This document shows positions 1 to 11,708 of a DNA stretch of 64,000 bases, piece after piece. This DNA is from Octopus sinensis. Taxonomy: Eukaryota. Where the stretch lies: positions 1 to 64,000 of the forward strand of contig NW_021832607.1 in the NCBI RefSeq assembly GCF_006345805.1, read 5' to 3'. Position numbers and translations under genes: made by a program. A model generated the notes under the pieces. It was given only the letters and a program-made list of their open reading frames with translations, was not told where the DNA came from and searched no databases. The stretch's first letter is position 1. Each line of letters begins with the position of its first letter.

Positions 1-58
1 AATACTTTTATAACAGTGAAATTTTATTTCAAATTTTCTAATTTCACTAAAATTCAGG

Positions 59-230
59 TACGGAAGTGGCTGTGTTGTAAGAAATTTGATTTTCAGCCAT
101 ATGGTTTGTAATTCAGACCCACTGTGTGGCATCCTGAGCTTTTGACTTCTGATATAGCCCTCGATTGACCAAGGTCTTGAGAGTGGATTTGGTAGCAAGA
201 ATAAATCTCATCGTATATACACATATACGA
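59..230 (+). mobile_element. tRNA-derived SINE family B, diverged 5' head
   Basis: Aligns by eye to the full copy at 32775 (gtggctgtgt...catatggtt...cagacccactgtgtggcatc...gagtggatttggtag). Confidence 0.75.
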
Positions 231-234
231 TGGT

Positions 235-445
235 ACTAAACACAGGGGGGACAAACAAGGACAGACAAACGGATTAAGTCGATTATATCGACCCCAGTGC
301 GTAACTGGTACTTATTTAATCGACCCCGAAAGAATGAAAGGCAAAGTCGACCTCGGCGGAATTTGAACTCAGAACGTAGCGGCAAACAAAATACTGCTAA
401 GCATTTTGCCCGGTGTGCTACCGATTCTGCCAGCTCGCCGCCTTA
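235..445 (-). mobile_element. tRNA-derived SINE family A
   Basis: Reverse complement reads ggcggcgagctggcagaatcg...gttctgagttcaaattccgccgaggtcgactttgcctttcatt-ctttcggggtcgattaaataagtacc; A-box and B-box-like motifs present. Confidence 0.9.
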
Positions 446-459
446 AGCCAGACAAAGTA

Positions 460-681
460 CCTATTTCTTTACTACCCACAAGGGGCTAAATACAGAGAGG
501 ACAAACAAGGACAGACAAACGGATTAAGTCGATTATATCGACCCCAGTGCGTAACTGGTACTTATTTAATCGATCCCGAAAGGATGAAAGGCAAAGTCGA
601 CCTCGGTTGAATTTGAACTCAGAACGTAGCGGCAAACGAAATACTGCTAAGCATTTTGCCCGGTGTGCTAACGATTCCGCT
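460..681 (-). mobile_element. tRNA-derived SINE family A, tandem neighbour of 235-445
   Basis: Near-identical to the previous copy, including the 3' tail (ctatttctttactacccacaaggggctaaa). Confidence 0.9.
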
Positions 682-1254
682 AACAATCCGACGTACCAAA
701 GATTCTGCCAACTCATCGCCTTTTCCGTTTAATATTTTCACAATAATTAGAATTATCTAAAGAAATATAGAATTCTCTTTTGACAATATCTGATTTTGTA
801 GGCAAATTGAATTCAATAAAATATTGTTTTCTAATACGGAAAAGAAAAATATAAAAATTTTGAAACCTCGAAGGAGAATTTCAGAACGCAAACTACTCAG
901 GGGATATGGTATTGACAGGTAAAAACTTAACTGATCTGATCTTAATTAGCAATTCAGATTTTGGAGTAAAACTATTGGATGGCAGATCGATGATCTCTGG
1001 TAGGAATGACTGTTTGCAGTAGTGATGCATTAGATAATTGGTGTGAAATCAATGGAAATGATCAACTGTTTGGCTTAGGAAGTGGAAGACTTTCTTACGT
1101 ACACGCTGGCCATTATCACTCCCACGTTTCATGTCATCAAAATCTTTGTGTTAGTAAAATGGTTAGTTGAATGCCACGTGCGCACACACACACGAATGAC
1201 TGCGGCTTTGATTAACTAACGTACAAATAATACGAGCTGTAGGTTAAGCAAATG

Positions 1255-1256
1255 TA

Positions 1257-1297
<41 letters not shown>

Positions 1298-1482
1298 AAC
1301 AACAACAACAACAACAACTACTACTACTACTACCACCACCACCACCACAACCATTACTACTAAAACTACTACTACTACTACTACCACCACCACCACTACC
1401 ATCACCACTACTACTACTACTACTACAACTACAACTACTGCTGTTGTTGCTACTACCACTACTGCTGCTGCTGCTGCTACCA
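1255..1482. repeat. Compound (CTA)n/(CAA)n/(CAC)n microsatellite
   Basis: Direct reading. Confidence 0.95.
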
Positions 1483-1527
1483 ATGTCTTCAAAGTATTTT
1501 GACGCACAACCAGCAGGTTTGTGGTTG

Positions 1528-1722
1528 GGCGGATGTAAGTCGATTACATAGACCCCAGTGTTTAACTGGTACTTATTTTATAGAAGTTACCTCCTCCCAT
1601 CCACCCAACGGATCACAGTCAAAGTCGACCTCGCCCGAATTTCAGCTCAGAACACTAGGACGGACGAAATCCGCCAAACATTTTGCCCAGTATTCTAACG
1701 ATTTTAACTGTTCACCGCTTAA
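1528..1722 (-). mobile_element. SINE family A, diverged, with insertion in the core
   Basis: gtcgattacatagaccccagtgtttaactggtacttatttt...aaagtcgacctcgcccgaatttcagctcagaac matches family A. Confidence 0.75.
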
Positions 1723-1724
1723 CT

Positions 1725-1728
1725 AACA

Positions 1729-1821
<93 letters not shown>

Positions 1822-1850
1822 TAATAATAATAATATGATGATGATGATGA

Positions 1851-1916
<66 letters not shown>

Positions 1917-1928
1917 TAATAATAATAC
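1725..1928. repeat. Compound (CTA)n-(TAA)n-(GAT)n-(TAA)n microsatellite
   Basis: Direct reading. Confidence 0.95.
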
Positions 1929-2014
1929 AGCTGCTGGTCGTTCTATTGTTACTGTTAGTAATAATGGTTTCGAATTACTTTGGTCATCAATTTTGGAAGT
2001 GACTCTACTCAGCT

Positions 2015-2226
2015 GGAAGAAGAAGAAGAAGAAGAAGAAGAAGAAGAAGAAGAAGAAGAAGAGAAGAAGAAGAAGAAGAAGAAAAAGCAGAAGAAGAAGA
2101 AGAAGAAGAAGAAGAAGAAGAAGAAGAAGAAGAAGATGAAGCAGAAAAAGAAGAAGCAGAAGAAGAAGAAGCAGAAGAAGAAGAGGAAGAAGAAGAAAAA
2201 GCAGAAAAAGAAGAAGCAGAAGAAGA
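2015..2226. repeat. (GAA)n polypurine tract
   Basis: Direct reading; source of the poly-E/K/S/F pseudo-ORFs. Confidence 0.95.
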
Positions 2227-2704
2227 CCGGATCATCAATCAAAAAATAAGAGACGGATAAAAGATGAACCTAGGAGGAATTTATTTTCAGAACGCCAAGA
2301 AGGACGAAATGCCGCCAAGCCTTTTGTTTGTCCGACGCACTAAACTAACGATTCTCCCAGCACGCAGCCTTCACGTTGCAACAAATATTATTCCAGAGAC
2401 GCTTTAGTCCATTTCTTATTTACTACAACAACATACCAAAAATAAATAACAATTTCTACATGAACCGTTATATGGTTCATATTGTCAGTTGCTAAGACAT
2501 TAAGTGGCGAATACTTGAGACACTTCACTTTATCTATGGCTACAATTTAAATATGAATTCCCATCAAGGATGTCATTCCTGTCTTTGGACTCTTGTTTAC
2601 TTCGAAATTGGATGGTAAGAAACAATTTAGTTGATTGCTTCATCAAAGTGTTTACGTAATCCAAAAATGCTTCTTCAAAGTCAGTTTTAGCATAACAGTC
2701 ATAC

Positions 2705-3204
2705 ACATCATCATCATCATCATCATCATCGTTACGACAGTTTCATCATCTACCTTCAATCATTCATTCATTCATCCGTTCTTCTTCATGTTCTTCGTCT
2801 TATTCTTGTTCTTGTTCTTGTTCTTGTTGTTGTTATCTACTCCTTCTTTTTCTCTCCTACTTCAGCCCTCTCCTCCTCCTCCTCCTTCTTCTTCGTCTTC
2901 TTCTTCGTCTTCTTCTTCGTCTTCTTCTTCTTCTACTTCTTGTTCCTCTTCTTCTTCTTCTTCTTCTTCTTCCCCTTCTTCTTCCCCTTCTTCTTCTGCT
3001 TCTCCTCCTTCTTCCTGAATTTGTTCCCCTCCTCCTCCCACCTCTTGCTCCTCGTCATCCTTCATCTTCAATATATATTCCTTCATCATCATCATCATCA
3101 TCGTCGTCGTCGTCGTCGTCATCATCATCATCATCATCATCATCATCACATCATCATCATCATCATCATCATTATTATTTATTATTATTATTATAATTAT
3201 TAAA

Positions 3205-3242
<38 letters not shown>

Positions 3243-3245
3243 CAT
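2705..3245. repeat. Compound (CAT)n/(TTC)n/(TCC)n/(CGT)n/(TTA)n microsatellite block
   Basis: Direct reading. Confidence 0.95.
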
Positions 3246-3424
3246 TGCATGAGAGAGCAGTGCATGCCATCAAAGTGACACTGGGTTAAAATATACGAAG
3301 CGCAGTATACCCATCATGACTACCCGTCTGATAAGGGCACACTAGGCATATGCATCAAAACCATATGTCCACGATATGGTGATCTCATATGAAGATAAAC
3401 AGCACACACACATATATATATATA

Positions 3425-3641
3425 TGGACATTCAAAATGTGACCCCGTGTTTACCGTTGGCGATTTTTTTCTTCTGTCATCCCTTCTCTGGATCTTTCCT
3501 TCTCCTATATTTCCGACGAAGAGCTCCACTCGAAACGTTTAACCCTCCTTCTTTCTTTCCTTTCCTGAGCGTCCAATAATACTATATTTGTTCCACGTCC
3601 TCGCGTTGTTGTGTTTTCTCTTTATGTTTTCATATTTGGAT

Positions 3642-3645
<4 letters not shown>
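3425..3645 (+). mobile_element. Short hammerhead-bearing element (Penelope-like pLTR-type), flanked by (TA)n
   Basis: Contains CCGACGA-A-GAG-ctcca-CTC-GAAA-C-GT-T at 3513-3539. The downstream ttcctgagcgtccaataata...atttgtt resembles the family at 15254. (TA)n lies on both sides. Confidence 0.6.
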
Positions 3646-3678
<33 letters not shown>

Positions 3679-4269
3679 TTATATACAAGGTATCAATATT
3701 TGCTAGAAATAGCAGTCGATAACCGTACGACGCTAAGTAAAGCTTCACTGAATGTGTAGAAGCAAGCATGCTGGAAAATAATGCTATTGTATTGTAATAA
3801 TATTTATAATTTATATATATATATATAGGTATGTATACATGCATGCAGAAAGAAAACACAGGCCGTAGAATTTCAGAAGATGATTATTTGGGGAGAATAT
3901 TTGTAACACTAATATCATAGGTTTACTCTTCAACAGAAGAAGCAAGGCGTATTGGAAGTATTGGATGGAAAATGGTATCAGGTCAATTACGATAAATTTC
4001 GAAATAATAATATCAGCAGCAGTTAAATAATCTTATTGAGAATCATCAACACCCCTTGATGAGCAAAAGCTTAAAGAAAAATTTGTAAAGACCAAACCAG
4101 GTATTAGTAGCAAAAGAAATAAACAAGGTCCTTATAGTGGCTCAGTATCAAAGCAGAATCAGGGGAAGAATTTAATAACTAGAACAAAAGAAAAAAAAAA
4201 CGAACATATTCAAACAAAATTCGAAATAAAAAAACTCCCAAATCGACAAGATAAAAACTAGGACAAATC

Positions 4270-4423
4270 AGGAAATGTGACGTCATCAAAACTAATGACA
4301 TCATCACAGGCGTACACAATTAGCTGACGAACAATCAGGAACTCTTCCTGTAAACCCTAGGGAGGTGCGATAAACGAATTTTTCAAAATGATTTTCATAA
4401 TTGACAATTTTTCTCTCGTAAGT
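4270..4423 (+). promoter_or_regulatory. Candidate promoter/first exon (CRE, ETS-like motifs, then a GTAAGT donor)
   Basis: TGACGTCA at 4278-4285, ATGACATCAT at 4295-4304, two CAGGAA motifs, caaaATG at 4388, GTAAGT at 4418-4423. Confidence 0.25.
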
Positions 4424-4738
4424 GTGATTATTATTTGCTTGATTTTTTTTTCTTGACTTGATTGCGTTTTCTACGCTGTTAATATCATAGTTCTTTATTT
4501 TGTATTCGACGAGGAACCGTGAACCTCCAGCGGGGTTTGTGTTCCTACATGAATATAGCTGATTAATCTGGAAAGATTTCTTGGAAACTTTTTAGGTAAA
4601 ACAGACAAAGAAAATGAGGACCACATACGAAGAATGACAATTTGTACGTTTCATACAGAATCGATCTCATAGCAGGAAAGGAAACGAAATAACAATCTCA
4701 TGGTACGAAACACAAGGAATTTATCATGTATATACATT

Positions 4739-4744
4739 GTATAT

Positions 4745-4809
<65 letters not shown>

Positions 4810-4843
4810 TATATATATGCATACATGCATACATACAAACATA

Positions 4844-4927
<84 letters not shown>

Positions 4928-5001
4928 GCATATATATGTATATGAAAGTGTATAAATGTATTCATATATACATATCTATAAATGTATATATATGTATATA
5001 T
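4739..5001. repeat. (TA)n microsatellite block
   Basis: Direct reading. Confidence 0.95.
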
Positions 5002-5324
5002 ATCACTGAAGCAAAATAACACCAATATATAGTGCGTGTGTTTTTATTGGCTAAACTGGCAATATGACCATTCCGAAATATAACAATATATATATTACGT
5101 ATATACATACGAATATATATATATATATAATATATAATATATATATATGTATGAAGACTCATGCTACTTTTCACTATCACCTTAAACAACCGCCTTGAAA
5201 GAGGCTAACACTACACATGACTTCAATTCATCTCACTTCATAATGTTACATTGAAGTGTATTATACGAAGTGATAAGTACAAGAATTTAGTCTATATATC
5301 TTGGCATACGTGTGTGTGTGTGTG

Positions 5325-5376
<52 letters not shown>

Positions 5377-5435
5377 TATATTATATATTTTATCTATGTA
5401 TCTGTCTATCTATACTCTTTTACTCTTTCATTTGC

Positions 5436-5592
5436 TTTCTTTTTAATTTCACTGCGGCCATGCTGGAGCACCGCATTTAGTCGAACAATTCGACCCCAGA
5501 AATTATTCCATTTTAAGCCTAGTACTTATTCTGAACCCGGAACCGAAACCATGTGGTTAGTAAGGAAGCTACTCACCCGACGCCACTCCTAT
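5436..5592 (-). mobile_element. SINE family B, internally deleted
   Basis: Tail (gcggccatgctggagcaccgc...cgacccc...agtacttattct) is joined directly to the head (gaacccggaacc...accatgtggttagtaagg). Confidence 0.8.
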
Positions 5593-6075
5593 ATATTTAT
5601 ATATATTTAGCGCGTATGTGTGTATGCATTGGTATGAAGGGTAGAATATTAATTATGTATCACACACAAATAATTGAGAGAAGAGTGTGTTAACGCCAAC
5701 AAAGGATTTTATTTATTAATGAAATGATTTGCGTCAATCGATTCCACCCCACTTCATATATCCCATCCAGTGAGATACAACATGCATCTTTTGTATGCCG
5801 TTCAAGGAATATTTAAATAAATAATCATTTTGAAACGAATGTGGCTGGTGTACAACGGCATACAAACCTTATTTTTTCGATATGTGTTTCTAAGACGAAC
5901 GGAATCGTTTAAAATTTAAGCATTAATATTAAAATAAAATATTACAGTTATAGAATAGTTGCCAAGGGAGAGACACAAAATGGAATTTTAGGTAATGGGG
6001 CTAGAAAATAATTTGAATATTTATTCAGTTTCTTGAATTGAAGCTATATGGTTTCCAATTTAGCTGTATGGTCTA

Positions 6076-6313
6076 GGCGGCGAGCTGGCAGAACCGTTAG
6101 CATGCCGGGCGAAATGCTTAGCGGTATTTCGTCTGTCGCTACGTTCTGAGTTCAAATTCCGCCGAGGTCGACTTTGCCTTTCATCCTTTCGGGGTCGATT
6201 AAATAAGTACTAAGTACTAGTTACGTACTGGGGTCGATATAATCGACTTAATCCATTTGTTTGTCCTTGTTTGTCTCCTCTCTGTTTAGCCCCTTGAGGG
6301 TAGTAAAGAAATA
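6076..6313 (+). mobile_element. tRNA-derived SINE family A, full length
   Basis: ggcggcgagctggcagaaccgttagc...gttcaaattccgccgaggtcgactttgcctttcatcctttcggggtcgattaaataagtac. The central part resembles the MetaSINE-type core as I recall it. Confidence 0.9.
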
Positions 6314-6492
6314 TTGTATTTTGTCTGTCGTTACGCACTCTGGGCAAATTCCACCGTAGCTGACGTTGGTCAATAAATACCCCGTACTTGAGTTGGGCTG
6401 CCATAATCGTTTAGGCATTCAGGGACGGAAGAGTAGCTGTTTTTCGTTCATTTTAGCAAGTTCACGGCAATATGTTTACCCAGTTTCGAAAA

Positions 6493-6538
6493 GACACCTG
6501 ATGAAGGCTGGAGGGTACATCAGCCGTAACGTTGTGTT
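6493..6538 (+). ncRNA. Minimal type I hammerhead motif (PLE type), GAAA mutated to GTAA
   Basis: GACAC-CTGATGA-A-GGCTG-gagggtacat-CAGCC-GTAA-C-GT-T-GTGTT; stems I and II pair. Confidence 0.75.
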
Positions 6539-6699
6539 AACAACAAACAAGATGAGGACAAATGTAAATAATGTAAGCAATGAAACAATATTATATTCGT
6601 TTCTCAGTGTTGGTTTATTTATATTTCAAGGAAATAACAAGACATAGATGTACTCATCTGTTGTAACAGCCGTACATTAGTCATATATTATGAAGTATA

Positions 6700-7420
6700 G
6701 AAGAACATCTTATCTGAGTTGACAGGACGATCGTCATTGAATCGCTAGAAGAAAATATGGGAGACAGTATGCAGACAGGAGGATTAATATATTTAATCTA
6801 GGTATTCTATCCAGTGGGTTTAGAGGAATAACAGAGATTACAGTAGGATTTGTTGAAAAATATTCTAACGAAGGAATATTGAACGCTTATCATTACTGTG
6901 ATAGTTAACCGGATTTGAAGAAACCTTTTTAAAGTAAAATCGTGGGAATATTTGTAAGATAGAGAATATAATGTAGGCGAAATTATATAGCTTGTTGAAG
7001 CAACAAATTAAATTTTAAGGTTGTATAGGAACAGGCAACACATGGTGCCTATTCATGCTTGGTAATAATGATATAGTTTGATTGAATGAGAACTGCAGTC
7101 GCTATAGTCATGCAGACACGCACCAGATGTTATTAGAACTTTTGGAATAATCAGCTTTTATGATGCTAAAGTAGAGCTAGAATTTGTAGGGTACCTGTTG
7201 TGTTGTACGCTATCGAATGGCTGATGCAGTTCTGTTGCTCTTGAACAATGTATAAGGAAGAGGCAAAGAATTGTGTTCATATTTATCTGAACGAAATCTA
7301 GCTGAAAGTGAAGTAGACTCGAGGTAAATTCCGCTGTGAGTATATTGATATGACACAAAATAAATAGATAATCAGATTCAAAGATGCCAATGGGTGTGTG
7401 TATGATCGATTTAATGAACA
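6700..7420 (-). mobile_element. Decayed CR1/L2-like LINE reverse transcriptase fragment
   Basis: Minus-strand frames give, in the expected order, QLDFVQ..TILCLFL, PFDSVQHNR (AFDSVxHxRL), RLQFSFNQTIS, GTMCCLFLYNL (QGTVLGPLLF), KLYNFA (LFADD) and FFNKSYC. Many stops and frameshifts. Confidence 0.55.
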
Positions 7421-7971
7421 ACAGGCGAATACAAGTACTTATTTCACCTACGTCAGAGGGGTAGAATGCAATGTAAATCCCAGCGTGATTTTAAATTAAA
7501 ATATATAGACAGCTAAATAATAAAAGTCTTTTAATCAAGCACGCCACCATGCTGCCTGCATCATATTAATCGTTGTTATTTTAATATTTGGCAGAACATC
7601 AACAATTTCTAAATAAAGGGAACATAATTGACGATACTTATTATATGGAGGAATGAAAAGCAAAATCGAAAATATTGTGATTTTAAAATCCGAGCGTGAT
7701 AATGCCATAATTTCGCAAAGCATATTGGAGCATAAACATAACTATTTATGTCATCTATAGGGCTCATTTTGATAATCATACTCTGCACGATCATATTAAA
7801 GGAGGTAACAATTGTAACGCCAACGATATATGTTTTATCTTTAAGTTATTTTAGTAATGAACTGTGGCCATGCTGGGATTCTCCTTGAAGAATTCAGTTA
7901 AATAACACACCCCTCGTATTATATTTCAAGACTGGTCTTCATATGGAAACCATGCACGCATAAATATATAA

Positions 7972-8067
7972 CATATATATATAAATATATAAATATATAA
8001 CGTATATATATAAATATATAAATATATAACATATATATATAAATATATAAATATATAACATATATAA
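7972..8067. repeat. 29-bp minisatellite derived from (TA)n
   Basis: Unit CATATATATATAAATATATAAATATATAA starts at 7972, 8001, 8030 and 8059. Confidence 0.85.
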
Positions 8068-8099
8068 TGAGTAGATATATATATATATATATATGCATA

Positions 8100-8226
8100 T
8101 GTAAAAAAATACAAATTGGGACAAGAACGCAAAACATTTAGAAGACGATACAAAAAACAGGGACGGGACATTCGAAGCCTTCAATCTTCAGTCAAGAACC
8201 GGATCATCTTCGCAATTTCGGCTGAT
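8100..8226 (-). mobile_element. Short interspersed element, second copy at 42343
   Basis: Reverse complement aatcagccgaaattgcgaagatgatccggttcttgactgaagattgaaggcttcgaatgtcccgtcc... matches 42343-42477; it abuts (TA)n. Confidence 0.8.
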
Positions 8227-8934
8227 TGTATGTATGTATGCATGTATGTATATGTAGAGAGAGAGAGAGAGAGAGCGAGAGATAAATAGATATTTGTAGA
8301 CATATACTTTCACACATACACAAACATATATACGATGTGAGGCTATCAATTTCGATCTACCAAATGGATTCAGAGAGATTTGTTTGAAACAGGATTCTGG
8401 TAGATTCGAACTGGTCAGTACACCACGCAATGTGATTGAATGCTAACGTATACCGGAGCTTGTGTTAATGAGGATTGTAATATTTATGATAATTGGGGCA
8501 ATAGACTGATTAAATATAAATTAGAGAATAATTAGAAATGAAATGTTGATTTTTGTGTGTGTATTAGCAATATTTATTAATTTAAATTTGTAGTACATTA
8601 CTCAGGAATGTAATGTATGCTGCAAGAGAAGGGATAGTATGATAGACATGAGCCCCGGTAACACACATAATACTCTTTGTTCTATATGTCACTGAAGGGA
8701 TTCCATTTTTAATAACTTCCATAATTTTACAAATAAATGTATGTAATTTTGATACAATATAATTGAAATGAATATGCACAAGTCAATACTCGAAACATCA
8801 CTACATCACATATGAACAATTTCAAGAAAGATGCATTTTGTACCCTTGAGGTTTTTATTATATATTTTGCATGTTTGAATTATGTTTGCTAACCGCTTTA
8901 TTATTATTTTTATAGATAAGGATAACTTATTTGA

Positions 8935-8949
8935 ATTATATATACATAA

Positions 8950-9014
<65 letters not shown>

Positions 9015-9048
9015 ATTCATATACATTTATATATGTATATATATATAA

Positions 9049-9097
<49 letters not shown>

Positions 9098-9158
9098 TAT
9101 ATAAATATATGTATATATAATTACATAAATATATATATATATATATATATTTACATGC

Positions 9159-9190
<32 letters not shown>

Positions 9191-9205
9191 ATGTGTGTGT
9201 GTGTG
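8935..9205. repeat. (TA)n/(TG)n microsatellite block
   Basis: Direct reading. Confidence 0.95.
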
Positions 9206-10399
9206 ATAATAATGTAAACATTTATATAAATATATGAGTAGATATAAGTTAGGGACGAAAGTATTGCTGTGTTCTTTAAGAAAACAAAACAGCAAAAAAA
9301 ACATTAATGTTACTGGTTTGAAATAAGCCATCAAATTGATCAATGTATAGACAAGGGCCCTGCTGTATACAATGCGTTAGAATATAATACAAATAAACAA
9401 TCTACAGATTATGAACAAGAAATAATATATGTATTAGTAAGAAGGAAATATAGAGAATTCGCTTTGTTATATGTCTGTGAATCGGAAAGGAAAATGATAG
9501 GCAACACGATTCGAAAGATGATGCGTGAGAGAGAGGAAGTGAAACGAACTGAGAACAGTGAGAAGAAAAATAAATAATAAATTATAAGGACTAAAAGAGG
9601 TACGATGCAATATAAGAATGTAAATATTGGAATTCTATATGGGAACCGTTTGTGACAGCTACGTTTTAAATTCACACGCAAAGTATGTTGGTGGGAGACA
9701 TCGGTTTTTGTTTACATTTAGTTAAGAAAATATTTTTAGAAACAGAAAGAGAAATCTACTAGATCAATATATAGATACATATTGGGAAGAATCAGATATA
9801 GCACTGTCGATATTTGTTTAATCATAGATATGTAAGGATAACGGAAAAAGAGACTGAAAGAGAAAGAGAGGGAGAGAGATAGTTATACGAGACACACTAA
9901 GCTAGGATGTAAACGAAATTGAAGAATTAAGACCAAAATCATGGAATGCTGTCTGTGTTCCAAAAGATGTTTGAGTCCATTGATGTATGAGATATATCAC
10001 AGACTTTATTTGAGTTACTGAAAATATAATTACATTTTTTCACAGTTAACAAATATTTAGGCATCACACGTAGAACTGCTTTTGTAAATTATTGGCTAGA
10101 TATTTCTAGTAAGAGGCGATAATCTGTGAAACTGATATCGATAACATTTATAAACTAATCTATAATGTATTTACGAACTACTTTTTAAATAATAAACGTC
10201 TAAAAAATATGTACAGCTTCTTAAATTTAAATAGGAGATTGTAGCGTTAACGACTCTGAATGACGAAAATTTGAACTCAGAACGTAACGCTTTGTAACAG
10301 AGTACTAGAACATTATATGTCCGATGCTCTAACGATTCTTAATCGATTTTTATTATCTCTTGTTTTAGTTTTTAATCAATCAATATTTAAAGACAATTC

Positions 10400-10570
10400 G
10401 AAGTATTTCATCGGTCTTTACATTCTGAGTTCAAATTCCGCCGGTGTCGACTTTGCCTCATTTGCTTTTGGGTTTGATAAATTAAGTACCTGTTGCGTAC
10501 TTGGGTCGATCTAATCGACTGGCTACTACCCCAAAATTCCGTCCCTTGTGCCTACAGTAGAAAAAATATT
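10400..10570 (+). mobile_element. SINE family A, 5'-truncated, with the alternative tail
   Basis: ttctgagttcaaattccgccggtgtcgactttgcc...ttaagtacc...gggtcgatctaatcgactgg...cccttgtgcctacagtagaaaa. An opposite-strand head fragment lies at about 10262-10338. Confidence 0.8.
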
Positions 10571-10699
10571 AAAAGGCAACAATATCGTAAAATACAGGAA
10601 GGTTATTCTATATTATATATCTTTACTTTCTTATGGACCAGTTGCACCCAACCTGGGATTTGCATAGGTGGGTCCGTGATCTAAATACCTGATACATAC

Positions 10700-10764
<65 letters not shown>

Positions 10765-10909
10765 TAGTGTGGGGAAGGCTACGTGGCATTATATTATAAA
10801 TAAGTAATTATAAAATACATCAAGTACAGGATATCACCAACGAGTGAAAATTACGTAAACACATAATGAGAGACAAGTACGCCACAAAATACCAGAATTC
10901 TAAGCCTCG

Positions 10910-10955
<46 letters not shown>

Positions 10956-11054
10956 TATATATATGTATGTATGTATATGAGGATAAGCATTTTAAGAAAA
11001 GTCTGTGGGGAAGCTCATTTAAATAAGAGTGTTGAGAATGACTAGCATATCGAC

Positions 11055-11285
11055 GGTGAGCTGGTAGGAACGTTACCTCACCGGGAAAAATTCTTAACGG
11101 CATTTATTCCGACTTTACTTTCTGAATCCAAAAGCCGCCATTTTGAACTTTACTGTTCATCTTTTAGGCATCGATAATATAAGTCGCACTCGATGAGGGA
11201 GATCGATGTAATCGACCGATCCCTTCCCCACGAAACTGCGAGGCTTCTGCCAAATTTTGAAATCGATGAATCTTTACAATTGTAA
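11055..11285 (+). mobile_element. SINE family A, strongly diverged
   Basis: cggtgagctggtaggaacgtta...ttctgaatccaaaagccgcc...ttcatcttttaggcatcgataatataagt...gatcgatgtaatcgacc. Confidence 0.6.
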
Positions 11286-11491
11286 ATTAATTTTCTTTTC
11301 TAATTTTGTAACAAGGTTAGCACTTCTGAGCAAAGGATAAACTCTCTTACAAAGAGACTAGTACAAAACTGGAGTTTATTTCCTCGGTCCTGAAGAGGTA
11401 AAATGCAATTCGACCCTGTGAGCTATTTCTTCTAGCGTGCTAAAGGTTCTGGCAGCACACTACCTTAGTTGCAAGTTTGTAAATATAGATA

Positions 11492-11708
11492 CAGCAATCC
11501 CTCGACTATCGCAGGTGTAACGTTTCAAAACCTCCCTCAGAAATAATTGAAATCTAAATATGTATATATATACCTATCGGCCGCAGAAACCCGCGTTATA
11601 CTGAGGAGTCCGCTATAAAAATTTACATATTAGCCAGAAAACTCCACGATGTATTGTGTGCGTGGTAGGTGAACCGTGATGTACAGAGTGCGCGGCGAGG
11701 GATAACTG
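11492..11708 (-). mobile_element. pogo/Tigger-like MITE (family M)
   Basis: TIRs CAGCAATCCCTCG and CGAGGGATAACTG with TA on both sides; the interior is the reverse complement of 29650-29760. Confidence 0.8.

Noticed and set aside
413-732. Recurrent ORFs such as MRNWYL..., MAAQLK... and MVVIPAVLFHHNF... (also at 6210, 14719, 21620 and 62473)
   Set aside because: They recur because they are read through SINE A or C copies, not because they are a gene family.
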